DNA of 64,000 nt from contig CBDEVD010000006.1 in the NCBI GenBank assembly GCA_965243645.1, forward strand, positions 9,570 to 73,569, written 5' to 3'. The stretch comes from Arenicellales bacterium (GTDB lineage Bacteria; Pseudomonadota; Gammaproteobacteria; Arenicellales; JAJDZL01). This document shows, one piece after another, positions 56,273 through 64,000 of the stretch; position 1 is the stretch's first letter, and the number at the start of each line of letters is the position of its first letter. A model generated the notes under the pieces. The model did not search any database. It worked only from the letters and a program-made list of their open reading frames with translations, and was not told the DNA's origin. Position numbers and translations under genes: made by a program.

Positions 56273-57808
56273 TTAAACCAGTGCGTCTGGAAACGAGTCC
56301 TTACGCATTGTAATGAAATCGTTCAATGCAGCGTCGATAGATTGATCAAATTCCGGAAGTTGATAGTTTTCAAGCATTTTCTTCCAAATTGCGTTGGCTC
56401 GTTGGGTTGCATCAAGCGCTCCGTCGGCTTCCCACTGCTCAAAACTGTTATTATCCGCAGTCGTTGAACGGAAAAACGCGGTTTCAAAATTTTCTTGTGT
56501 ATGTGCACAACCGAGAAAATGGTTGCCGGGTCCGACTTCGCGCAAAGCGCTTAATGCCTGGCCATTTTCGGACGTGTCGATTCCATTGAGAAAAGTTTGC
56601 ATAATGCCTGCCTGGTCTGCATCGAGAATAAACTTTTCGTATCCCATCACCAAGCCGCCTTCAAGCCAGCCGGCTGTATGCAACATGAAATTGACGCCGG
56701 CTAACATGGCGGTTTGCAGCGTGTTGGCCGATTCATAGGCAGCTTGAGCATCCGAAATTTTGGCGGCGCAAAGTCCGCCACCGCTGCGAAACGGAACGCC
56801 CAGTCTGCGTGCCAGCTCTGCGCAGATATAGAGGACTAAGGAGGGTTCCGGGGTTCCGAACGTCGGTGCGCCTGACTGCATGGAAATTGAACTGCTGAAG
56901 GTGCCGAAAATGACGGGTGCACCGGCACGTACCAATTGTGCGAATGCCATACCGGCCATTGCCTCGGCCAGAATCTGGGTGCAGGTGCCGATTATTGTTA
57001 CCGGCGACATTGCACCAGACAGAATAAACGGTGAAACTACGGTGCCCTGACCATGCTTGGCGTAAACTTTGAGCGCGGCGAGCATGGTATCGTCAAACGT
57101 CATTGGCGAGTTGACGTTGATGAGTGAAATAACACAGGCATTTGCATCCACAAAATCATCACCGAAGACGATCTTGGCCATATCCACAGTATCCTGCGCA
57201 CGCGCACCGCTGGTAACTGACCCCATGAATGGTTTGTCGGAATACTTAAGGTGGGAGTACACCATATCCAAGTGTCGTTTATTCACTGGAAGATCAACAG
57301 GTTCACAAACCGTGCCACCGGAGTGGTGTAACGCGGGGGACATGTATGTCAGCTTGACAAAATTACGAAAATCTTCGATGGTGGCATAGCGTCGACCCTC
57401 GTCCAGGCTGCGAACAAAGGGCGGACCATAAGCTGGTGCGAACACGGCGGTATCTTTGGAAATGTGTACATTCTTTGCCGGATTCCTGGCGTACTGGATA
57501 AACTCTGCAGGCGCATTGGATTGGATGATTTGACGCAGCATACCGGGTTCAAAGCGGACGCGCTCGCCGTCCAGTGATGCACCTGCCTGGCGCCAGATAT
57601 CCAGTGCTTCTGGGTCGTCGCGAAATTCAATGCCGATTTCCGCCAGCACCTGGTCTGCATTATTTTCGATCAGTGCGAGTGTTTGTTCCGGTGCGACACT
57701 GTAGACAGGCACTCGCCGTTTGACGTAGGGTGGTGCGGCTGTTGAGATCTTTGATCGTTCGGCCTGGCGCGCAGATCGACCGCCGGATCGAGTTCGTCTT
57801 GCATTCAT
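56273..57808 (-). CDS. MttB-superfamily methyltransferase, non-pyrrolysine type (quaternary-amine methyltransferase-like)
   Basis: 511 aa, colinear with the trimethylamine methyltransferase family (...LALIENNADQVLAEIGIEF..., ...NVNSPMTFD..., ...LHTAGWLEGGL...). There is no in-frame TAG. Confidence 0.75.
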   Translation of the reverse strand: MNARRTRSGGRSARQAERSKISTAAPPYVKRRVPVYSVAPEQTLALIENNADQVLAEIGIEFRDDPEALDIWRQAGASLDGERVRFEPGMLRQIIQSNAPAEFIQYARNPAKNVHISKDTAVFAPAYGPPFVRSLDEGRRYATIEDFRNFVKLTYMSPALHHSGGTVCEPVDLPVNKRHLDMVYSHLKYSDKPFMGSVTSGARAQDTVDMAKIVFGDDFVDANACVISLINVNSPMTFDDTMLAALKVYAKHGQGTVVSPFILSGAMSPVTIIGTCTQILAEAMAGMAFAQLVRAGAPVIFGTFSSSISMQSGAPTFGTPEPSLVLYICAELARRLGVPFRSGGGLCAAKISDAQAAYESANTLQTAMLAGVNFMLHTAGWLEGGLVMGYEKFILDADQAGIMQTFLNGIDTSENGQALSALREVGPGNHFLGCAHTQENFETAFFRSTTADNNSFEQWEADGALDATQRANAIWKKMLENYQLPEFDQSIDAALNDFITMRKDSFPDALV

Positions 57809-57838
57809 GAGTTAAGTCCTTGGCAAATTCTGCACGGT

Positions 57839-59656
57839 CTATTGGGGTCTGGGAAATCGGTTTGAACGTCGATAGGGATAGACATCTTCCAGAATCCCCG
57901 CACGAATGAGTCGTTGTTTTTCCTGCCAGAATTCCGGAGTCATGAGATCGCCATGCAGTTGCGCAAAGTGGTTTTTGATTAGCGGGTGAACAAGGAAGTA
58001 CTTTTCAAATTCTTCTGGAAAAACATCGTCTTCACCAACAGAAAACCACGGCTCGGTTGCCATGTCATCAAATGGGTCGGAGGACTGCGGAAACTTCCTG
58101 ATTTTACATTCATCGAGATAGCGAATTTCATCGTAGTCGTAAAACACCACGCGGCGGTTGCGTGTCACACCAAAATTCTTAAGCAGCATATCGCCAGGAA
58201 AAATATTGGCAGCTGCCATCTCTTTGATCGCGTCGCCATAGCCGCGCGCGAAGTACTTGGTTTCCTCTTCGGTTTCAAAATTTTGCAAGTACAAATTAAG
58301 TGGGATCATTCGATGTTCAATATAGACATGCTTCATGACCAGCACATCATCTTCGATGATGACAGAGTGCGAGCAGTTGGTTTGCAGGTTGGCCAGCAAA
58401 TCTTTATCGAAACGGTGAAGCGGCAAGGCGACTTCGGAGTACTCGAGCGTATCGGCCAGTCTTCCAACTCGATCGTGTTGCTTGACCAAGTGATATTTTT
58501 CGATGACTGTCGATCGCGACAGTTTCTTTGGCGGTTCAAACGAGTCTTTGATCAGCTTGAAGACATAGTTATAGGATGGCAGGGTGAAGACCATCATTAC
58601 CATACCGCGTGTCCCTGGCGCTTCGATGAACTGGTCGGTTGAATGTGACAGGTGATGTAAGAAGTCGCGATAGAATTCAGTTTTACCTTGCTTGTGAAAA
58701 CCGATCGCTGAGTACAGGTCTGCCTTGCTCTTGGCCGGCAGTATTCCCATTAAAAAATTCACAGTTGCCGAAGGCACTTGCGTATCAACCATGAAATACG
58801 CTCTTGAAAAGCCAAATATGGCATCCAGGTCCGCAGGGTCCAGCAGCAAGGCATCGACATACAGTCCACCATTGTCATTATTGAGGATAGGAACGATGAA
58901 TGGCGTTACCTGATAATCATTGATGACGCGCCCAATCAGGTAAGCTGCCTTGTTTCTGAAAAACAGCGATGACAGTACATCGATTTGAAAATTCAGTGAG
59001 ACTGAGCGTTTATTGCGCGGAATGACTTTGCCCAGATGGATGAGCATTTGCCTGACATCATGGCTTAGATTTTCGAAATCGATTTTGAAGTTCAGGTCCT
59101 TCAGAATGTCATGAATCGAGTTGCGAAAACCGCGGGTGGCCGGATAATAGGAGCGGTAAACTGGATTGTCTGCTTGAATGTATTCGGTAGAAACCGACGA
59201 TCTTACAAAGATATGATTGTTTTTAAAATAGCGGCGGTGAAAGAGCTTGCAAAAAACAGAGTTATAAAAGCTTTCTGCGAGCTCGGGTTGCTGGTGGTCT
59301 AAAAGTAGACGAATGTAGCGAGTTTTAACGTCTTCCCAAAGTGGCTTGTCCAGTTCCGAAATTTTCAGTTGGGCCCGTAATATGTCGACTGTTTCCTGAA
59401 CACGCTTATCGTAGAAGTGGATGCGCTGTCTGGCTGATTCACGTGCTTCATGCCATTTTGCCTGTTCAAATCTTTCTTGTGCACCCGCGGTGATTTCTTG
59501 AAATAAGGTGATATGGTTTTCAAAACCATCCAAAATAGTGCGGGCTATTTTCTGTGCGCGCTTTGGTTTGCTGCGCGTGAGGTTGGTCTGCCAAGCACTT
59601 TTTTTAGAGCTTGATGCTTGGTCAAAATAAATTGCTCTTGCCGATTTAGCCATCAC
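57839..59656 (-). CDS. aceK: Isocitrate dehydrogenase kinase/phosphatase
   Basis: 605 aa. It is colinear with E. coli AceK from memory: ...IARTILDGFENHITLFQEITAGAQERFEQAKWHE..., FRNKAAYLIGR, GMVMMVFTLPSYNYVFKLIKD, ANIFPGDMLLKNFGVTR, VFYDYDE. Confidence 0.9.
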   Translation of the reverse strand: MMAKSARAIYFDQASSSKKSAWQTNLTRSKPKRAQKIARTILDGFENHITLFQEITAGAQERFEQAKWHEARESARQRIHFYDKRVQETVDILRAQLKISELDKPLWEDVKTRYIRLLLDHQQPELAESFYNSVFCKLFHRRYFKNNHIFVRSSVSTEYIQADNPVYRSYYPATRGFRNSIHDILKDLNFKIDFENLSHDVRQMLIHLGKVIPRNKRSVSLNFQIDVLSSLFFRNKAAYLIGRVINDYQVTPFIVPILNNDNGGLYVDALLLDPADLDAIFGFSRAYFMVDTQVPSATVNFLMGILPAKSKADLYSAIGFHKQGKTEFYRDFLHHLSHSTDQFIEAPGTRGMVMMVFTLPSYNYVFKLIKDSFEPPKKLSRSTVIEKYHLVKQHDRVGRLADTLEYSEVALPLHRFDKDLLANLQTNCSHSVIIEDDVLVMKHVYIEHRMIPLNLYLQNFETEEETKYFARGYGDAIKEMAAANIFPGDMLLKNFGVTRNRRVVFYDYDEIRYLDECKIRKFPQSSDPFDDMATEPWFSVGEDDVFPEEFEKYFLVHPLIKNHFAQLHGDLMTPEFWQEKQRLIRAGILEDVYPYRRSNRFPRPQ

Positions 59657-60079
59657 GGAATTGGGACTGTGTATGGGAGATGAAGTCGGAGTCAGTTACT
59701 TTTGATTGCTCGACAAGTAAATCGAGTATCCCAAGGATTAATGCATGACTGAATCTAGTCCGATGTTTCAGTACAGTCGTTGCCATTGGTTTGCATTTCA
59801 AATTACCGCGACTATAAATAATCGGGACTGTCCAGTCTTTCCATATTTTACAACCGGCAGTCAGTGTTGAGTTGAGTTCGACCGGGTTGAGCCTGTCTTT
59901 GTTAAATCCTTTACGTTATTGGTAAGGCACCAATAGTCAGACTTTCTATATCGATGGTTTAAGCATGAAGCAACGCTGTTTTGCGTACAACCACACAACA
60001 ATATGGTGCAGGTTGAAATATACTCATCGCGCAGAATTTGATATCGAGAATTACTTTGAACCGATCATAAGAGGTTGAA

Positions 60080-62515
60080 ATGGATAAACACGCACGAGTC
60101 GTGGTCATCGGTGGTGGTGTCGTCGGAGTCGGGACACTCTATCACCTGGCAAAAAAAGGTTGGAGCGATGTTGTGCTTTGTGAGCGTACAGAACTCACCG
60201 CAGGGTCTACTTGGCATGCGGCAGGATTACTGCCTTTATTCAATATGAGTTATGCGGTAGGGCAGCTCCATAAGTACTCCGTTGATCTGTATAAATCTCT
60301 TGAAGCCGAAACCGGTCAGGATGTTGGTTTCCACGTAACAGGTAACCTCAGACTGGCCTGCACCCGGGATCGAATGGATGAGTACCGAAAATACTGCGGG
60401 ACCGCGAACACCATTGGCGTGCCCTTTGAACTGATCACCCCGGCAGAAGTCAAGGACCTTTGGCCACTGATCAATCCCGCTGGCCTGGTGGGTGCCCTTT
60501 ATCATCCGGACGATGGTCACATCGCACCGGTTGATGTAACCAACGCCATGGCGAAAGGAGCCCGAGATCGAGGTGCAACGATTTATCAGCACACTGAGGT
60601 GACTGGTTTGACCCGGACTGCAGGCGGGGAATGGAAGGTTTCGACGACAAAAGGGGACATTATTTGCGAACATGTAGTGTGCGCAACTGGAAATTATTCG
60701 CAGGATATCAGTCGCTTACTGGGAATTACGATTCCTTCGATTCCAGTACAGCATCAGTACATTGTTACAGACGTTGTGGCGGAACTCAAGGAATACCGAG
60801 ACGGAGGCGGTAAGGAACTCGCGGTACTGCGTGAATCTGATGCATCTTACTATCTGCGTGAAGAACGGATGGGCTATATCCTGGGACCGTACGAAAAAGG
60901 CGCTCCCGCGGTCTTTGCAGATGGTGTTCCAACAACTTTCGAGAAAGATCTCTTTCCAGGTGATCTCGACCGGTTAATGCCCCATGTGGAGGCTGCCATC
61001 AATCGGGTGCCATCGTTTGAATCAGCAGGGATCAAGGACATCGTAAACGGACCGATCGCGTATACGCCGGACGGCAGTCCCTTGATTGGGCCGGCTTGGG
61101 ATTTGCCAAATGTTTGGCTCAACGAGGGCCACAGTTTTGGGGTGACCGCATCCGGTGGTGCGGGTTGGCAATTGGCCGAATGGATTGTAGAAGGTGAACC
61201 TTCGATCGATCTGCTTGCCGTTGACCCACGTCGCTATGGTGATTATGCGCGTGGACCCTACCTGGTGAATAAAAATGAAGAGGCCTATGAGAACGTATTC
61301 ACCGTTCACTATCCGGATGAAGAACGCTCGGCCGGTCGACCTGCCAAGACCAGTCCCATTCACGATCGACTGGACAGTTTGGGAGCTGTTTGGGGCCAAC
61401 GTTACGGCTGGGAGCGACCCAACTGGTTTGCACCGCAAGGTGTCGACGCGGTCGATGATTGGAGTTTTCGCAGGTCGCGCTATTTCGAGCATGTGGGTAG
61501 CGAGCATAACAACATGCGCACGAATGTTGGAATCATTGACATTACGAGTTTCTCAAAATTTCGAGTAGCAGGACCGGGTGCGGCTACCTATCTCGACTCA
61601 CTGGTTGCACGCAGGTTACCAAAAACCGTGGGGCGGGTTCAGTTGTGTCACGTATTGACCCGAAATGGCGGTGTGAGAAGTGAGTTTACCGTCACACGCA
61701 ATGCTGATGACTCATTCTATCTTGTCAGTTCCGGTGCGGCAGAACGCTTCGATATGAGCTTTCTACAGAATCATCTGCCAGCGGATCAGTCTGTTCAGTT
61801 GGAGAACCTGACCACCAGCCATGCAACATTGGTTGTTGCCGGACCAAATTCAAGACAGGTTTTGCAGAAACTTACCCGTACAGACCTGTCAAACGATAAT
61901 TTTCCGTGGCTGACTGCACAGGATATTTTTGTCGGTCTTGCCCCGGTTCGTGCAATGCGGGTTAATTTTGTCGGTGAATTGGGTTGGGAATTGCATCACC
62001 CCATTGAGTACCAACGCCATATATTCGAACAATTAATGGATGCTGGAGCTGCGTTCAATATTGGACAATGCGGCATGCGCGCCATGGATTCGCTGAGAAT
62101 CGAGAAATCCTATCGCATGTGGGGACAAGATCTAACTCGTGAGTACACGATTTTGGAAGCAGGCCTCGGAATTTTTGTGCACATGGACAAAGGTGAATTC
62201 ACCGGTCGATCAGCGCTTCAAACGCAGCTTGCCAACGGTGTCCCACAGGAATTCGTAACGGTTGCAGTGGATGGAAACAAAGATGCGGACCCACTGGGTA
62301 ATGAACCGTTATGGGATGGCGATGCGATGATCGGTCGGGCTACTGCCGGAGCACACGGGCATTACATCAATATGACTCTGGCTCTGGGTTACGTGAAAGC
62401 CGGCTACGGCAAGCCTGGTACAAAATTCGAAATTGAAATTTTAGGTGAACGATATAATTGCACCGTTGTCGATAATTCACCTCACGATCCAGATAACGCC
62501 AGGCTCAAGTCGTAG
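60080..62515 (+). CDS. Dimethylglycine/sarcosine dehydrogenase family protein (second paralogue; FAD oxidoreductase plus GcvT-like domain)
   Basis: 811 aa: VVVIGGGVVGVGTLYHL, GSTWHAAGL (covalent-FAD His motif). The C-terminus is GcvT-like (...MRVNFVGELGWELH...). Confidence 0.85.
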   Translation: MDKHARVVVIGGGVVGVGTLYHLAKKGWSDVVLCERTELTAGSTWHAAGLLPLFNMSYAVGQLHKYSVDLYKSLEAETGQDVGFHVTGNLRLACTRDRMDEYRKYCGTANTIGVPFELITPAEVKDLWPLINPAGLVGALYHPDDGHIAPVDVTNAMAKGARDRGATIYQHTEVTGLTRTAGGEWKVSTTKGDIICEHVVCATGNYSQDISRLLGITIPSIPVQHQYIVTDVVAELKEYRDGGGKELAVLRESDASYYLREERMGYILGPYEKGAPAVFADGVPTTFEKDLFPGDLDRLMPHVEAAINRVPSFESAGIKDIVNGPIAYTPDGSPLIGPAWDLPNVWLNEGHSFGVTASGGAGWQLAEWIVEGEPSIDLLAVDPRRYGDYARGPYLVNKNEEAYENVFTVHYPDEERSAGRPAKTSPIHDRLDSLGAVWGQRYGWERPNWFAPQGVDAVDDWSFRRSRYFEHVGSEHNNMRTNVGIIDITSFSKFRVAGPGAATYLDSLVARRLPKTVGRVQLCHVLTRNGGVRSEFTVTRNADDSFYLVSSGAAERFDMSFLQNHLPADQSVQLENLTTSHATLVVAGPNSRQVLQKLTRTDLSNDNFPWLTAQDIFVGLAPVRAMRVNFVGELGWELHHPIEYQRHIFEQLMDAGAAFNIGQCGMRAMDSLRIEKSYRMWGQDLTREYTILEAGLGIFVHMDKGEFTGRSALQTQLANGVPQEFVTVAVDGNKDADPLGNEPLWDGDAMIGRATAGAHGHYINMTLALGYVKAGYGKPGTKFEIEILGERYNCTVVDNSPHDPDNARLKS

Positions 62516-62554
62516 CCAAAACACACAACCAACTCTTTAAAACCGGGGAGCGGT

Positions 62555-63304
62555 ATGAAAGTAATTGTTCCTGTTAAGCGCGTCATTGACGCGAATATTA
62601 AAGTCAGAGTCAAGACAGACCATTCGGGTGTTGAACTGAATAATGTAAAAATGGCTATGAATCCGTTCTGTGAAATCGCAGTCGAAGAATCCATTCGTAT
62701 GAAGGAGTCGGGCGCAGCAGAGGAAATTATCGTTGTCGCGGCGGGTCCCCAGCAGAGCCAGGAAACGATTCGTACAGCACTGGCGATGGGAGCTGATCGC
62801 GGCATTCTGATCGAAACCGACGTGCCCCTTGAACCCCTGGCTATTGCAAAACTGTTAAAAGCAGTCGTTGATCGGGAACAACCCGGTCTGGTCTTAATGG
62901 GTAAGCAAGCAGTCGACAACGACAACAATCAGACCGGGCAAATGTTGTCTGCAGTACTGAACTGGTCATTGGGTACTTTCGTTTCCAAAATTGAGATTCA
63001 AGAAGACCGCTTTGAAGTCGTTCGCGAGGTTGACGGTGGCTTGGAGACAGTTTCATTGTCCAAGCCAAGTGTGATCACAGTAGATTTGCGTTTGAATGAG
63101 CCCCGTTATGCGTCCTTACCCAACATTATGAAGGCACGGCGTAAACCCATTGAAACGCTAACACCCGATGAACTCGGTATCGATGTGACACCAAGAGTTG
63201 AGATACTCAAGGTGAATGAGCCGCCGTCTCGGCAAGCCGGGATTCGTGTATCAAATGCGGACGAATTAATTGAAAAACTTAGAGATGAAGCGAAGGTACT
63301 GTAG
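62555..63304 (+). CDS. etfB: Electron transfer flavoprotein beta subunit
   Basis: 249 aa: [19 protein letters not shown]...[10 protein letters not shown]...[20 protein letters not shown]. Confidence 0.9.
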   Translation: MKVIVPVKRVIDANIKVRVKTDHSGVELNNVKMAMNPFCEIAVEESIRMKESGAAEEIIVVAAGPQQSQETIRTALAMGADRGILIETDVPLEPLAIAKLLKAVVDREQPGLVLMGKQAVDNDNNQTGQMLSAVLNWSLGTFVSKIEIQEDRFEVVREVDGGLETVSLSKPSVITVDLRLNEPRYASLPNIMKARRKPIETLTPDELGIDVTPRVEILKVNEPPSRQAGIRVSNADELIEKLRDEAKVL

Positions 63305-63306
63305 CA

Positions 63307-64000
63307 ATGAGTGTATTAATTCTGGTCGAACACGACAATACGGAAATCAAGGCTGCCACACTGAATACAGTAACTGCAGCAAGACAGATCAGTGCCGACT
63401 TGCACGCCCTGGTCATTGGAACGAACTGCGATGGTGTTGCCAGTGCTGCAGCCCAAATTGATGGTGTCGCCAAGGTCATTAAATGCGATGCCGAAGTTTA
63501 TCAGTTCGGGTTGGTTGAAAATGTTGCTCCGGTCGTTGCAAGCATCGCGTCTGATTACACTCACGTATTCGCGCCCGCGTCGACGTTCGGTAAAAACCTG
63601 ATGCCGCGAGTTGCTGCAATGCTGGACGTTCAGCAGGTGTCAGACATCAGCGAAATCGTCAGTGAGGATACGTTCGTGCGCCCGATCTACGCTGGCAATG
63701 CATTGGCAACGGTCCGCTCTGCCGATACTGTCAAACTCATTACGGTACGAACAACCGCATTTGATGCGGCAAGCGAACAGGGTGGAACCGGTGAAGTCGA
63801 AGAGCTGACGGCGACGGCCGAGTCGGGACTTTCCAGTTTCGTGCGCCATGATTTAACCCGCAGCGAGCGGCCTGAACTGACTACGGCAAGTATTGTGATT
63901 TCTGGTGGACGCGGGATGCAAAGTGGCGAAAACTTCAATATGCTGGAACGGGTTGCCGACAAATTAGGTGCTGCAGTGGGCGCTTCCAGAGCAGCAGTAG
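63307..64000 (+). CDS. etfA: Electron transfer flavoprotein alpha subunit, N-terminal ~231 codons (runs off the window end)
   Basis: Not in the track (no stop). Manual translation from ATG 63307 gives MSVLILVEHDNTEIKAATLNTVTAARQISADLHALVIG...VISGGRGMQSGENFNMLERVADKLGAAVGASRAAV. Confidence 0.85.
   Translation, partial: MSVLILVEHDNTEIKAATLNTVTAARQISADLHALVIGTNCDGVASAAAQIDGVAKVIKCDAEVYQFGLVENVAPVVASIASDYTHVFAPASTFGKNLMPRVAAMLDVQQVSDISEIVSEDTFVRPIYAGNALATVRSADTVKLITVRTTAFDAASEQGGTGEVEELTATAESGLSSFVRHDLTRSERPELTTASIVISGGRGMQSGENFNMLERVADKLGAAVGASRAAV

Noticed and set aside
56273-57808. The possibility that the MttB-family gene uses an in-frame amber (pyrrolysine) codon
   Set aside because: The ORF is continuous for 511 codons with no internal TAG, and no pyl genes are present in the window. 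It is a non-Pyl family member.
1-64000. Search for CRISPR arrays, rRNA genes, integron attC/attI sites and prophage-like blocks
   Set aside because: I saw no regularly spaced direct repeats with unique spacers, no rRNA-like conserved strings, and no integrase or phage structural genes. The only periodic repeat is the in-frame 12-bp array in rpn.

Overview
A 64-kb chromosomal segment from a moderate-GC proteobacterium. The gene content (osmolyte and polyamine catabolism) suggests a marine lineage. I recognised no rRNA, tRNA or CRISPR array. All product calls rest on by-eye motif and family recognition of the supplied translations; no database search was run.

Main blocks:
- (a) 1-3.4 kb: a TAXI-type TRAP transporter whose binding-protein gene is split by an IS110/IS1111-type element.
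- (b) 3.4-13.8 kb: BCCP, biotin carboxylase and a pyruvate-carboxylase-type carboxyltransferase sit at the head of a carnitine-like operon. That operon encodes BKACE, a YfcG-like GST, a family III CoA-transferase, an L-carnitine-dehydrogenase-like enzyme, an ADP-forming acyl-CoA synthetase and CaiD.
- (c) 13.9-15.5 kb: an AT-rich islet with two unknown genes.
- (d) 15.5-19 kb: PPK2 and a racemase-like / DadA-like / RidA module.
- (e) 19.6-26.5 kb: an accessory patch. It holds an ISKra4-like IS with a 9-bp TSD clipping an rpn-family nuclease gene, a desaturase, a small Calx-beta-like secreted protein and an IS4-family IS with a 9-bp TSD.
- (f) 26.7-31.2 kb: a second PPK2, an orphan binding protein, a ClC channel and ArsC.
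- (g) 31.4-41.9 kb: an acyl-CoA / 2-oxoacid catabolic operon. It encodes a TPP enzyme, an SDR, an ACAD, a fused IOR-family oxidoreductase, GcdH, a GabD/DavD-like dehydrogenase and PdxH.
- (h) 42-64 kb: methylated-amine genes. These are two dimethylglycine/sarcosine-dehydrogenase paralogues, EtfBA, PotFGHI-like ABC transport, a non-pyrrolysine MttB-family methyltransferase, a class III aminotransferase, an M24 hydrolase and AceK. The block is interrupted by an IS1380 remnant next to a GC-rich ATPase-nuclease gene.

Most interesting observations:
1. The 299-bp non-coding right end of the IS110-type element carries a copy of its own insertion site, which looks like an IS-encoded guide RNA.
2. A 604-aa TetR-Rieske oxygenase fusion.
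3. A three-component biotin carboxylase embedded in a carnitine-type operon.
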